64,000 bases of DNA from assembly GCF_009914755.1 (NCBI RefSeq), contig NC_060925.1. The stretch is one strand, 5' to 3'. The position numbers and the translations under genes were made by a program. This DNA comes from the human T2T-CHM13v2.0 reference genome, Homo sapiens. Of the stretch, positions 1 through 16,675 are shown one piece after another. Each line of letters begins with the position of its first letter. The stretch's first letter is position 1. The notes under the pieces were generated by a model that ran no database searches, had not been told where the DNA came from, and saw only the letters and a program-made list of their open reading frames with translations.

Positions 1-816
1 CACCAAGCCTATCCATTGTCTTTCTGTACTACGTTTTCTCCAGTGATGCCTAGATGTCTTGGAAAAGTGGTGGCCTAGCGGGACAAACTTAGGGAGGGCC
101 TGAGTATGAGGAGTATGAAATGGGGATGGGAGGGATTCTAAAAGGCTGGGCTGTGGTGGGAATGGGATTGTATTGCTGTGAGTTGTGGAGCCTGGGAAAA
201 TCTGAAAGGCAGAGTCTGGAGCAAAACTGAGATTAGAACTAAAACACAAGTCCACACGGGCTAGGCAAAAATACTGAGATTAGGTTTAAGGCAGTAGGAT
301 GAAACTGGGGTCAGGGACACACCAAAGCAAAGAAAGTAAGTCCCAAGCACAGGCCACCAATTCCTTGAGATGAATTGCCCCTGCTGGCTATGGAGGGGAC
401 TGTGGCCGTGCTTACATGGCCACAGAGGGTGGCTAGGGGTGTGGTTTTGGTTCATCAGGCTAACAAGTCAATGGTTAAACTAGGACTATAGCCTGTCTCC
501 CTTGACTCCCATTTCCGTGCTCTAGTCACACTTGTTTTCACCACCTATTAACTCTAGAGTTAGATAGCAACAGACAAAAGTGAGTGAACCAGCTGGACTC
601 CACAGCACTTAGCTTGTTGAAGTTATCAGAGGGCACAAAAGTGGAAGATATTGATCATGCTTACTTCAGCTTAAACATTTGATGTTTTCATAGCACTGTG
701 CATTCTCTCCCTTTGTATCCTATGAGCCTTCATGAGTGGGTGTTTGGCAAGTATTCAGGAACCATGTTCACAGACGGAGCTTCACATCGTCATTGATGTT
801 TGTCAGGTCTTCCAAT

Positions 817-961
817 CAGGGCTACTTGGCCTTGACTGAACACTGGAATCACCTGGAAAAAAGAAAATACTAATGCCTGGGGCTATTTTATACCAATAAC
901 CAGAGTATATTTCCAAGTTCCTCAGATGATTCTAGTGTAAATCCAAGGTTGAGTATCACTG
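817..961. mobile_element. MER5-family hAT-Charlie MITE relic
   Basis: GGAATCACCTGG...AAATACTAATGCCTGGG...TTCCTCAGATGATTCT...TTGAGTATCACTG resembles MER5 consensus; edges approximate. Confidence 0.55.
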
Positions 962-999
962 TCTTTTCTTGACTGTAGCAGAGTGACATTGAGAGAGAC

Positions 1000-1008
1000 A
1001 AAAAAAAA

Positions 1009-1044
<36 letters not shown>

Positions 1045-1054
1045 GAAAAAAAAA
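1000..1054 (+). repeat. poly(A)/(GAAAA)n simple repeat
   Basis: long A run followed by GAAAA units, seen directly. Confidence 0.95.
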
Positions 1055-1879
1055 TAGCCCTCTCTTCTCTCTTCTCCTTTACTCTCCGGTGGGATTCTGA
1101 GATCAACTCCTTTTACAGAGCAGTCGCCCACTCGGCTGTGTTGCACATTGACATCCCAGGAAAGACTCTGAACTCAGTGCTAGTTAAGAAAACAGGCTAG
1201 CGACTCTGCAGAAAGAAGTTATTAATATAAAGATGTACTGGTTTCTAAAGCCGAGGACCAACACTACATGGAAGACTGGCATTTTCTTTGTTGGAAGGGA
1301 AACTTGTTACAGATCTGAGGCTGATCCACTTGTCTGCCTTAAGTAAATGAGGTGTGCTCCCAACAACTACCTAAAGGTAAGATTTTAACCAGGAAATCCT
1401 GATCTCCAGTGACATATGCGATGGGGAAAAGCAACGAGACATTGTTTTGCTTGGTGATGGGTGAAGCCCTAAAGACTCAATCTGGTCTTGATGAACATCC
1501 AAGAATCTGGATGTGAGCATCCCGCTGAGGTAGGAGCTTCTGCCAATGATGAGGGTAAGGAAGTCTGTGGTTTCTTGCAGTGTCAGATTTGTTCAGTTTC
1601 AGTTTAAACAAATACCATAATTTCTGTCCTAGGGTATAAACAAGCAGGTTTTAGTCTTGTTTCCAGATGCCATTTCTACCCATGGAACTAGTTGCATATC
1701 TAATAAAAAACAAAATGTTATTTAACCTTCAATTTGTTCTATGTCATTCCACATTATTTAAGGTAGTTCCCCTTAGCTTTGTGAAACAGAATAAAATTCA
1801 GATTTCAAGCAAGGTAAAATTATTTAAAAACTTATTATGGAAAATTTCAATTCTGTGCACCGAATAGTAGAATAAACTG

Positions 1880-2520
1880 TATTGTGTGTATTATCCAGCT
1901 TTAACAATTATCAACTCCTGGCAAATCTTGTTTCACCAATATACTTGCCTACTATCCTCCACGATATTCTTTGGAAGCAAATTTCAGACATCATATTATT
2001 TCATCCACAAATATTTAGATATATAACTCTTAAGATACATGAACTTTTAAAGATAATGTAATAAAATATTAATGATAATTACTCAATACTATCTAATACC
2101 CAGTGTCTCATCTACCAGTTTTTATCAATTTTATATCAATTAAATTAACTTTTTACATTTTGTTTACATTAAGATCCAAATAAGCTGCATACATTGTAAT
2201 TAGTTGAAATTCCCAAATTTCTTTTAATTTATAAATTCCCTTTAATTTTTTTCCTCTCTTGTAATGATCTACTGAAGAGTCTGGGTAGTGTGACCTGTAG
2301 GGCTTCCCACAGACTAGGTGTTGCCTATTGCACCTCCATGGTATCCTTTAACATGTCCTCCTGTTCTATATATTTCTCATGATTTAGTTGTTGGATATAT
2401 ACATTCAGGTTTTTGGGGCAAGACTACTTCAGAGGTGATATTGTGTTCTAACATCAGGCAACACACAAGGGCTGGTTCCCACTATTTTGTAATCTTAGCA
2501 GCCACTGATTATCAGTGCCT
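1880..2520 (-). mobile_element. old L1 (L1MC-type) 3' end fragment
   Basis: TCCAGCTTTAACAATTATCAACTC...GAAGCAAATTTCAGACATCATATTATTTCATCC typical of antisense L1MC 3' ends. Confidence 0.6.
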
Positions 2521-2528
2521 ACATCCAG

Positions 2529-2833
<305 letters not shown>

Positions 2834-2836
2834 TCA

Positions 2837-3058
<222 letters not shown>

Positions 3059-3204
3059 TCATCTTTTTTTTGGATCCTCAATAGAACAGCTCACATAGGA
3101 AAGGAAGGACAAAGTATCGATTTTGTTTCCCTTTATTTCTCTTCATTTATTAATTTTAAAAATAGTTGTTTATAAGATTTCTCCAGTGGTGGCCAAGTAA
3201 TTTC

Positions 3205-3925
<721 letters not shown>

Positions 3926-3934
3926 CTCCAGGTT

Positions 3935-4710
3935 CATGATTTTTAATCAAATTTAGAGAAATTCTAGCTATCGTTTCTTTCAATTTTTTTTTACTGTTCC
4001 CTGCTCTACTGTCTTTCAGACTCCAATTTCCTGTATATTAAGATGCTTGAAATTGTCCCACAGCTCTCTTCTTAGTCTTTGAAACAATTTTTTCTCTTTG
4101 TGTTTCATTTTAGATAGTTTTATCTGTATGTTTTCAAGTTTGTTATTCTTTTATTCTGCAATGTCTAATCTGCCATTAATCCCATCTAGTGTATTTTACA
4201 TCTCAACCATGTTTTCTTGTCAATAAGTTTTATATATATATATATATATAGTAGGTTGATTTTCCTCCTCATTGCAGATAGTATTTTTCTGCTTCTTTGC
4301 ATGCCTGTCTTTTTTTGTTGGATGTCGGATGTGATTTTTACTTTGTTAGGAGCTGGATATTTTTTAATTTCTATAATTGTTCTTGAGCATTGTTTTGGGA
4401 TGCTCTATGAGTTACTTGGAAAGAGTTTGTTTTTTTCAGGTTTTGCTTTTAAGCTGTTTCACTTCATCTATTATTTGGTTCCTCAGTACAAGAGTCTAGA
4501 ATTTTTGTGTAACATTAACTTTCCCCAGTATAGAGACAAAGCCCTTTGAGTACTCTGCTCATTGCCCTGTGAGTTATGAGGTTTTACACTCTGTCCGGTG
4601 GGAACAGACACAACTTCCAGCCCCACGTGAGCACCAGGGATCACATCCCCTCATCCTTTTGGGGAATTCTTTCTCCAGCCTGAGGTGGCCCCCCACATGC
4701 AGATGCTGAA
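3935..4710 (-). mobile_element. old L1M 5'/ORF1-region fragment
   Basis: ACTCCAATTTCCTGTATATTAAGATGCTTGAAATTGTCCCACAG...TCTAATCTGCCATTAATCCCATCTAGTG resembles antisense L1M ORF1 region. Confidence 0.6.
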
Positions 4711-4794
4711 TAGTGCACAGACATCCCCAGGGGAGTATTTACCAGAGTGTTCCAGTACTCAGCAGGCATGTGCATGTTGGGGGTAGAAGGCATA

Positions 4795-5710
<916 letters not shown>

Positions 5711-6014
5711 AACAAGAAAACCATGAAGAGGACTTCAGCACTCAAGTGAAGCCCCTGACTCAGAGAGATAAAGCATCTCCCTCTCTTTTCTCAGGGGCTG
5801 TCTTTTACATGAAGGGAAGTTCATGTAGGTATTTCTCCATCCAGCTCCTTTTACTTTTCGTCAATAAAGATTCCTCAAAAATCCTGTCATTGTGTGGTCC
5901 ATCAGGCTTTGATTTTGGTGAGCTTGTAACTATTTTAGTGGAATGTTGTCATCCAAAGGCATGGGGCTGCAAGCCAGATGCTATTTGCAAGCAGTTCTTC
6001 TGCAGAAACAGCTC

Positions 6015-6590
6015 AGCTGGTCTTCCCACCTCCAGTCTTGACTCATTAAATCCGTTCTTCCCATTGCAGTGGGACTACTCTCTTTAGAATCTAAATGTGG
6101 CCTACTCATAACCATGCTCAATTCCTTTCAAGGGGAATAAGCCCAAGCCCCCTTATCAGGACGCAGGAGGTCCTCCATGACACAGGCCTGCCATCTCTCT
6201 AGACTCAGTTCACAATTGCCTTCCTTACACATTTCACTCTCACCCTTGTAGTTCCCCACATACACCAGGCTGTTCCATTCTGTGATGGCATGAACTCCCA
6301 TGTTTATTTACCCACATCTCTTTACCTGGCTAACACTTATCTTTCAAGACTTAGCTCAGGGATCATTTTCTTCAAAAATTATTTTCTTCTCTAATCTTTC
6401 AGAGAACTGCAAGTTCCCTTCCATCTCGGTAATCATATGATACTGACTTTTTAAAAGTCAGGGATCTATTTCCTCCATTAGACTATACGTTTCTCAAGAG
6501 CAAGAACTATGTTGTGATTTTCCTTTTTTTTCCATACTTCCAGACTTCAGCCCGGTCATACATAGAATTGAGTAGAAAATCAATAAATGA
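6015..6590 (+). mobile_element. L2 3' fragment
   Basis: TTCAAGACTTAGCTCAGG...CCATTAGACTATACGTTTCTCAAGAGCAAGAAC...CAATAAATGA. Confidence 0.6.
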
Positions 6591-7059
6591 AGCTCAGTGG
6601 AAAGCAGGACGATTGAGACAAAGATTTCAGGGTGAAATAAAATTTGAAGTAAGTAGTGCAGGACAAAGGTCTTGAATAGGATGAGAACCTTGACCTTCCT
6701 TTTTGATTCTCTGGAGCAGTGGCTTAAAGGAACTGTTCAGGTAACACAAGTAAGACAGGACCAATAAGCTGGAGCCAGTTAACAAGGAACTTCAAAAGCC
6801 AGGCAAAATAATTTCAGTTTGAAGGCAATTTGGCCACATAGATTTTAAGTTGTTAACATTGAGAAGGAATGATTGTTCAATAATAAAACAACAACAGCTG
6901 GGAAAAACCAAACAGCATAAAATATTTCTAACAAAACAGAGTTAATGTTCTGTTTTTACAACTAATATTTCTGATAACCAGCCTTAGTTTGGGAGCCTAA
7001 TGTTTTGCCTTATCCAGTTTTTCCTCTTAACTATTATCATGTCAAGCTACAGAGGCATC

Positions 7060-7458
7060 ATAACGATGTGGCTGAGAGTGTGAATTCAGGAGCCAAACTT
7101 CTTGAGTTTATTTTTAAAGATATTTTATTTAAAAAAATGAAGATGAGGTCTTGCTATGTTGCCCAGGCTGATCTCAAACTCCTGGTCTCAAGTGATCCTC
7201 CTAACTTGGCCTCCCAAACTGCTGGGATTACAGGCATAAGCCATTGCACTCTGCCAACTTCTTGAGTTTAAATATTGGCTCTGCTTCTTACTGACTTGTG
7301 ATGTCAGGTAAGTTACTTAGTGCCTCGATGTCTTCATCTGTAAATTGAGGATACTGACATCTACCTCATAGGATTGTTAGGAGGATTAAATGAGTTTTCA
7401 TAAGTATACATCACTTACAACTGTATCTGGCATGCTAAATGCCTGATAAGTGTTTGTT
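7060..7458 (+). mobile_element. MIR, split by a FLAM
   Basis: MIR core TCTTCATCTGTAAATTGAGGATA...ACCTCATAGGATTGTTAGGAGGATTAAATGAG. Confidence 0.85.
7111..7255 (-). mobile_element. FLAM-type Alu monomer with perfect 15-bp TSD
   Basis: single left-arm monomer flanked by AACTTCTTGAGTTTA at 7096-7110 and 7256-7270. Confidence 0.92.
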
Positions 7459-8479
7459 AAATTAAAAATTAACATCTAAAATACTAGACCTCTTGTAATT
7501 AAATAGGCAATGAATGTGAAAAGTACCATCAGGTGTATCTCTCCAAGCTCAGGAATGAATGAAGATTGCGCTTAAGAAAAGACTGGGTCAGCAGTCAACA
7601 TAGAAGCTCCCTTGGGTCTCCAAGTTGATAAAGCTTTGACATAGCAAGAGATGGTTTGTATTCTGCCTGCCCACTAATGATGATGGAAGAGAGTGATTCC
7701 CTGTGCAGAATAACCATAAAACATCTATGGCCTGGATTAAGCCCCTAGGTTGAGAGGCCATAATCAAGGCAATTTCTGAGAGTTCCATTAATAAGGTTTT
7801 CTAGAAGCTGCCAAAGTCCAGCTACAGTAATTATCCAGTTAGTTTGCTGAATCAGCCAATATAAGCTTCCCCAGTCCTGCTGCTAATTAGGCTCCAGCCT
7901 CTCATCTCATTAATAAGCTTCCAGTTCATTTGCATGTAAGGAAAAATTGTGGGTATGGGGGAGTTTAATAGAAACCCAAATCACCTTCAACATGTGTCTT
8001 TTTTATTAAAATATTTAACCTTTTATTATGACTCAGAAACATCTGTTGGCATTACACTCTAGGAAAAGACATGATGAATTCAGCATTTGCCGGTAGTTCT
8101 CTAGTCCCTCCTCCTCACACCTGGCCTGTTCCTGATCAAGTAGCAGTAAGAAAAGACAAATGAATATGATTAACTCAGTGTTAGAAATTTGCAGGTGAAA
8201 GAAACTTTCTGGTTCAATTTTGTCCTTTTACAAACTGGAAAACCAAGGCTCCAAGAGGTGGTCTTATTTGTTTAAGTGCCAGGGAAGCCGGTACTAGAGC
8301 TCAGGCCAGTCCTCCTCTGACTCAGTGCTTATTAGTCACCATGATGTACCAGGCCTACAAAATATCTGATGAGAATAGCTGATACATAGCAGTAGCCTGT
8401 TACCTGATGTCGGGCTTTAACTTCTCTTCACTTGCACCTAGAATTCAAGGAATAAGAATATAATTACCATCCCTTCATC

Positions 8480-9745
8480 CCATTTCTAAGAACTGTTGAT
8501 TTTATCTCCTTAATTAAGCTTGTATGATAGGCACAATTTTTGTCCCCATGGCTTGCCTTCTGAAGTCATGCCCGTTGTTATATTACATGTCAAAAGGGAC
8601 ATTGAAGATATAATTAAAGTTACCGATCCGCTGACCTTAAGGTAGAGAGATTATCCAGTGTTATCCAAGTATTCCCAGTGTAATCAATGAGCCCTTAATA
8701 GCAGAAGAGGAAGACAAAAAAGGAAACCAGAGAGCTGCAGCAGAAGAGGAAGTTAAGACTCCAAGGAAAGAGAAGGATTTAATGCACCATCATTGGCTTG
8801 AAGGTAAGGCAGGTCATGTGTCAAGGAAATGAAGACTACAGTCCCACAACCTCAAGAAACTGAATTCTGCCAACAACTTTAATGAGTTTGGAAGCAGAGT
8901 CTTCCTCAGAGACTCTGGAAAAGAGCCCAGGCTGGCCAACACCTTGACTTCAGCTTTGTGAGGCCCTGAACAGAGAACCCACCTGAGCCATTCTGTGCCA
9001 GGATTGTGAGATAATAAATGCATGTCAATTTGGGTTACTAACTTTGTGTTAATTTGTTATGGCAGCAATAGAAAATGAATACAGCCTGAGTCCATCTATC
9101 CTGCTCTATCTTCATGACCACTTCCCTACTCTAAACCACCACCCTCTCCTTCCTGGACCACTGAAATAGGCTGTTAATTCTTCCCTCCAAGGCCCTTTTC
9201 ACTCATCTTCTATGAAGTCTTTACCCTGTAGTCCAAGTGATTTTTTTTCAAAACAGAAACCTGATTATGTGATTCCTGCCCCAAGCCTCACTCACACGTA
9301 CCCTAAGATACCTTAAAACCCTTCAGCGCCTTCTAGTGACTCCTAGACAAACAATACAATGCCTCTTATGTGGCCTGTAAAGGCTCATGCGAATGCCCCT
9401 GCCCACCACTCCAGCTTCATCTTGACCATGCTCCCATCACTGTCTGTGCTGTTCTCTCACTGACCTTCTGTTTCTCCTTCTTTCTGTTACGCTCCCTCCC
9501 ATCACAAGGCCTCACAGATGCTCTGCCCTGTGCTTGGAGCCTTCGCTCCCTCTCCCCTTACCCAGAGGATGTTCACTCAGTCTGTCACTCTCAATTTAAA
9601 TGTTGCTTCCTCATGGTAGACTAGGTCTGCTTGCCCTCTTAGATGCTTTCATGGCTCTGTATGTTTCCCTTCAAAGCACTTTTCAGAGCTTGTAACTACA
9701 CTTTTAATTCTGTCTTTATTTAATTTTGCTCCCCAGTGGGAATTA
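8480..9745 (+). mobile_element. L2 fragment, split by an MLT1 LTR
   Basis: CTGTTGATTTTATCTCCTTAA before the LTR; TCCTGGACCACTGAAATAGG...CTTAAAACCCTTCAG...ATGCTCTGCCCTGTGCTTGGA after. Confidence 0.7.
8521..9083 (+). mobile_element. MaLR solo LTR (MLT1D/E-like)
   Basis: TGT...AAGAAACTGAATTCTGCCAACAAC...GCCAACACCTTGACTTCAGC...AATTTGTTATGGCAGCAATAGAAAATGAATACA. Confidence 0.88.
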
Positions 9746-10042
9746 AGCCCAGTGATGTATCATAGGCCTTTTCTGATTGAGATAATGTATTTAAAACACT
9801 TATCACAGGCCTAAAAGAAAATAACCACTCAAATAGCAAATACTATCATATATAGGAAGGGCCTTCAAAAAGTTCATGGAAAATGCATATTATGAAAAAA
9901 CTATGCATGGATTTCAAAAAATTTTTTGCACCAAAATAAACTCATACTAACTTTTTATAACATGTCTGAATGGGATCTAGTTTGAGGAGAGAGACTAAGA
10001 GGGACAAGACATCAGTTTGAAAACAACCCCTACCAGAGCAAC

Positions 10043-11291
<1,249 letters not shown>

Positions 11292-12029
11292 AGTTTGTAT
11301 TTATTATTTTTACCTTGTAATTACATTTTCCATGAACTTATTAAAGTCTCCTCATGGATGAAATATAATATTATTAAGTATAATCATTAGGATATCCACC
11401 CAGAACCACAGAAGAGGAAGCCCTAAACCCAGCCTGCTGGGAAGAATCTGAGAAGAAAGACTCTTTAGGAGGGTTTTAAATTATAAGCAGGTTTAACCAG
11501 GTGAAAAAGTGGTGGGAGAGGGAAAGGTATTCCAGGAAAAGGAGGTCACATGAGCAAAAATATGGAGATGAGACACAGCATGATGAATGTGGAGAACTCT
11601 GCCACTGGCATTAGTAGTATTCAAATCCCGTAATAGACATGCTTTGTCAAAGCAGGTGTCCCAATGCCTGCCTGGTGTATAATTTGGCACATGTGCATGC
11701 CCAGCCAATGAACTGAATATTGCCACACACAATTCCTGGTGCCCATCTTCCAACTTGGCATCCTCTGCAAGTGCACCAAAGGGACCCATCTAAGGCTGGC
11801 ATGGAAATATGGAGGCAATGTGAATGACAGGGTCTTCAACTCTTTGACATTAGACTGTGATTTCTTTTTTTTCTCCAACCAATCGACAAATATTTCTTGT
11901 GCTCACCGCTGGAGCAAGCTCTGTGGAGAATGCAAAGAAAGTCTAAGACTTGACTCCTGCTATCAGGGTAATAATATAAAGGGACAATATAAATGTATAT
12001 AAAAATAAAGAATAATTCAGGATAGCACA

Positions 12030-12875
12030 TGTGACAGATGTTAGTTGCCTTTCCAAAAGTCATTCTCTCCTCCTTTTTGCTAATAGAATCCCAAGTTTGC
12101 TCAGGTATAATGCAGGCAAAACATGCTCTGGGAATGTGGGTTTCTACCCCAGCTCCAGGGGAGGAACTGTGACTGAACTAAGTTAATTACAGACATTTCA
12201 TTTCTTATTTCCAGTGATTGGTCTAGGGTTGGGCACGTGAGCCCCTTCTAGACAGTAAAACATAAAGGAAAGTCTCATGGGTTGCAAAGATTCTCTTCTA
12301 TGTACCTTTGTTTCCGTGCAAGATGCTATTATGGATAACTGTGGTGCTTTGGACCCATTTTGCAACTATTCAGCAATAAACCTAAGGACAAAAAGCCAGG
12401 CTGGGCGTGCTGGCTCAAACCTGTAATCCTAGCACTTTGGGGGGTTGAGGTGGGCCAGGAGTTCAAGACCAGCCTGGCCAACATTGGAGAAACCCTGTCT
12501 CTACTTAAAAAAAAATACAAAAATTAGTCAGAGTGGTGGTGCACGCCTGTGATCCCAGCTACTCAGGAAGCTGAGTTATGAGAATACCTCAAACCCAAAA
12601 GATGGAGGTTGTAGTGAGCTGAGATAGTGCCACTGCACTCCAGCCTGGGTGACAGAGCAAGACTCTGTCTCAAAAAAAAAAAAAAAAAAAAAAGCCAACA
12701 CGTTGAGGATGGTAGAGATGAGAGAGAGATGAGCCTGGGTTCTTGATGATATGTTGATCTTCAACAATAAACCTGGTATTAACCATATCCAGAATTATTG
12801 TGATGTTAGACCACACAGTCCTTTATTGTCAAAGCCACTGTTGACCTTGGAGTAAAACACATCCTAACTGGCACA
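12030..12875 (+). mobile_element. MaLR solo LTR (MLT1J-like), split by an Alu
   Basis: CCAGTGATTGGTCTAGGGTTGGGCACGTGA...AAAGCCAACACGTTGAGGATGG...GAGCCTGGGTTCTTGATGA...ATCCTAACTGGCACA. Confidence 0.75.
12399..12693 (+). mobile_element. Alu (S/J type) with a short left-arm deletion
   Basis: dimeric Alu with poly(A); TSD AAAAAGCCA on both sides. Confidence 0.95.
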
Positions 12876-13764
12876 AGATAGAGGAGAGACATAGTACAAA
12901 CGGTATGGGATTTGCAGTCATAGGAACATACTATGCATTCTCTTAAAAATGGGTGTTCAACTTCCAGCTCCATCATTCAGCCTCTGTGGACCCTTTGAGC
13001 AAGGGTTAGGTAAAAGACACTGCTAAACACTTGAGGATCCACAAAGATGAGGAAACTACTAAAGATCTTACAAGCCAATAAAGATATACATGCTTTAAAG
13101 CACTATACACTTTGAAAGAGCAAATGGAATGTGAAATTGAAAAAGAAGGGCTGATATTCAAGTGTGTACCAATATGGTCAAACTGGGTGTTTTTGGCAAA
13201 TGTCAGTCCTCAGAGTAAATGCCTATGATGCACCAGCTTTTCAATATTGTGAAAATTACAGCTATTAAAGACATCACACTCTGGATGTACAAAATGAAAA
13301 AAGTAGACCATTTAAGCTGCATCTCGAATAATGAGAACTAATAGAGAAGGGGCAAGAACATTTCAGCAGAAGAAGTAGCAAAGACAAAGGTGATTCACAC
13401 CTTCATACAGAGGTGTGAGCATGCATAGTATGTTCAGTTTGGTAGCTACTCATTAACTCGTGATCTGATATGAAATAATTAAATTTACAAAATGTATACA
13501 TTGGAAGAGACTCAAGTTTGTGAAAGATATCATTTATTTGAAAAATACCAATGCAAGACTCTTTCAAACATGTTGTACTAGTAAAATTATGTGTTTGTTT
13601 ACAGATAATGACATAATTGCCAGAGTGATAGAGCTATGGAAAACTAACATGTTATTGTCTGTACCTTAAAGAACAATCAGAATTAAATAACAGATTTCTG
13701 ATATTCTAATGGTAATCAGTGATAAAGTAAAATTCAACTCACATATAGTTTTTGGATAGTTATG

Positions 13765-14280
13765 TTTTAATTGAAAATAATATTTTAGATTTACAATAGA
13801 ATTGCAAAATATAGTATGGAAAATTCTCATATACCCTTCACCCAGCTTCCCCTAATGTTAATATATTAAATGTTTATAAAATCTATAAAACTAACCTTAG
13901 TGTAGTACTATTAAATAAAGCTCAGAATGTATTTAACATCCTTTTGTCTGTTCTAGGGTCCTATTTAGGACTCTACACTGCATTTAATTATCATGTCTTA
14001 TAGTCTCCTCCAATCTATGATGGCAGCTCAGGATTACCTTTTTTTCCACGACTTTGACATTCTTGAAGGTTACTGGTCAGTGACTGTTTAGAATGTCCTC
14101 AATTGGATTTGTCTGGTATTTCCTTATGATTAAATTGAGGTTACGCATTATTGGAAGGTTGCCACAGACGTGAAATGCTCTTCTCAGTATATCATATTAG
14201 GGGTACTTGATGGCAATACATGTACAGGTAGTGTTAACCTTGATCATTTTACTAAGGTAATGTCTGTCAAAATTCTCCCC
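13765..14280 (-). mobile_element. L1MC-type 3' end fragment
   Basis: ATTGCAAAATATAGTATGGAAAATTCTCATATACCCTTCACCCAGCTTCCCCTAATGTTAA. Confidence 0.75.
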
Positions 14281-14289
14281 AGGAGTAGA

Positions 14290-14805
14290 ATTTTCTTCCT
14301 TGTTTCCTTTTCCCAGCTGAAATGAGTATTCACTAATGTCCTAAGGCCAGAAGTACTTATTGTGCTTCTCCCCACAGATTAAGACTTTTGTTCTGTAGGA
14401 GAGATAAAGGAAAAAGATCTAGAGAACTATCTTGCCGCTCTCCATGGCTTCTCTTCCTCTTTCCAAAGTCTGCACCACAATAGACACTTCTTAGGACTCA
14501 TCTGATCAATTCTGTCAGTGCCTGATAGGGTTCATGGAGAACAAGATTGCAAGAGAGTGCAGACTCCTCTAATTTCTGCAGGCCCCAGGGATCACACTGT
14601 GTCACCAGCCAGCATTCAGCCCTCACCAATTTGTCTGCTATTGCAGCAGAAATCTTCTTACCATGTGTCCACCCCAAGGTGAACATGTGCCTGCATTTCC
14701 TCCCTTCCTGCAGACACTGTCTTTCTGTAGATTTTGGGCCAGTTGATTGCTTTGTGATCTCAGCTCTTCTATAGGTTCAAAAACAGTCACGAATTTGAAG
14801 TTACA
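14290..14805 (-). mobile_element. probable old L1M 5' region fragment
   Basis: GGCCAGTTGATTGCTTTGTGATCTCAGCTCTTCTATAGGTTCAAAAA resembles antisense L1M 5' ends; recall only. Confidence 0.4.
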
Positions 14806-14865
14806 AGCCTGAGGTCTTCATATACACATATATCATGTAAAGTACAGGTAATTTGGCATAAATGA

Positions 14866-15282
<417 letters not shown>

Positions 15283-15354
15283 TAAGTTTGGAGGAGAAAT
15301 AGAGGCTTCTATGCTGTCTACATACAGGGAAAAAACCTCTTGTGAAATGATGAG

Positions 15355-15545
15355 ATTGAAGGAAAATAGCCTTTGGAGTCAAGAAATCTGGGCCCTAAAT
15401 CTGATGCATAGAACTTTGACACATAAAACTTTGAATAAATTGCCTAACTTCTCATGGCCCCAGATTTTTCCATCTGCAAAACAAGGAAAATAAAACATAA
15501 TGCCCTGGCCTGGGAGGGTTGAATGATAAAATGTTAAAGAGCAAG
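15355..15545 (+). mobile_element. MIR
   Basis: CTTTGGAGTCAAGAAATCTGGG...CCTAACTTCTCATGGCCCCAGATTTTTCCATCTGCAAAA. Confidence 0.7.
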
Positions 15546-15557
15546 TATTTCTTTGAA

Positions 15558-15791
15558 CTAGAAGTGAGCATTTTAAAATTTTTTTTCAGTAAAGGGCCAG
15601 TTTGTAGGTATTTTAGGCTTTGCAGACCACACAGACTCTGTCCCAATTATTCAGCTTCAACGTTGTAGTGAGTGCAAAAGCAGGCACAGAGAATGTGTAA
15701 CTAAATGGGCATAGCTGGGTCTCACTTTTATTTACAAAAATATGTGTTGGACCAGAATTAACTGCAGACAGGCAGTAGTGTATGACCCCTG
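15558..15791. mobile_element. MER58A-like hAT-Charlie MITE
   Basis: TTTCAGTAAAGGGCCAG...TATTTTAGGCTTTGCAGACCACA...CTTTATTTACAAAAA...GACCCCTG. Confidence 0.8.
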
Positions 15792-16121
15792 TGCTAGACC
15801 AAACCTGCCTGGGGGCACTTCCAAGGCATAATCAGATTGCCCTGTTACTTCCTATTCAGGATACCCTCCTCCTCTCACCCTCAGCTGGTTGCTAGTGTCA
15901 GGTTTCCATTCAGGTCTGCCCTTCTAGGTGAGGGTGAGGGAAAATGTTCTCTCAGATTCCACAAACTGTTTTAGTTATCCGTGCTCCATGTGGTCACTTG
16001 GTCACTATGGTTGAGAAGGTGCTATTGCTTCTGCAGAAAGTCAGCCCCACATCAACTGCTGTCACCTGGGCCTGCTGTTGAATATCCCTAGCTATTTTTC
16101 TGCAGCAGCTTGCTTCCATGA

Positions 16122-16440
<319 letters not shown>

Positions 16441-16454
16441 CCATGACGTTTTTT

Positions 16455-16675
16455 AGTGAAGGCCCCGAGCCAGACTCCAGGGCTCAAATTCTAGCTCTGC
16501 CATTTGCTAGTTGCGGGACTTTGTGCTGTAAATCACTTCACCGTATTTAGTTTCCTCATCTATAGAATGGTAATAATAAGTCTCTGCCTCACAGAACCAT
16601 TGTGAGGATTAAGTTAATACATTTATTTAGAATGATGCCTGGCATATCATAATTGCATGGTAAATCCAATATTAT
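16455..16675 (+). mobile_element. MIR
   Basis: CTCAAATTCTAGCTCTGCCATTTGCTAG...AGTTTCCTCATCTATAGAATGG...TGTGAGGATTAAG. Confidence 0.85.

Noticed and set aside
1000-1054. Orphan poly(A) tracts (also 24439-24480, 53870-53890) as retroinsertions
   Set aside because: No convincing TSD or upstream poly(A) signal; slippage expansion is sufficient.
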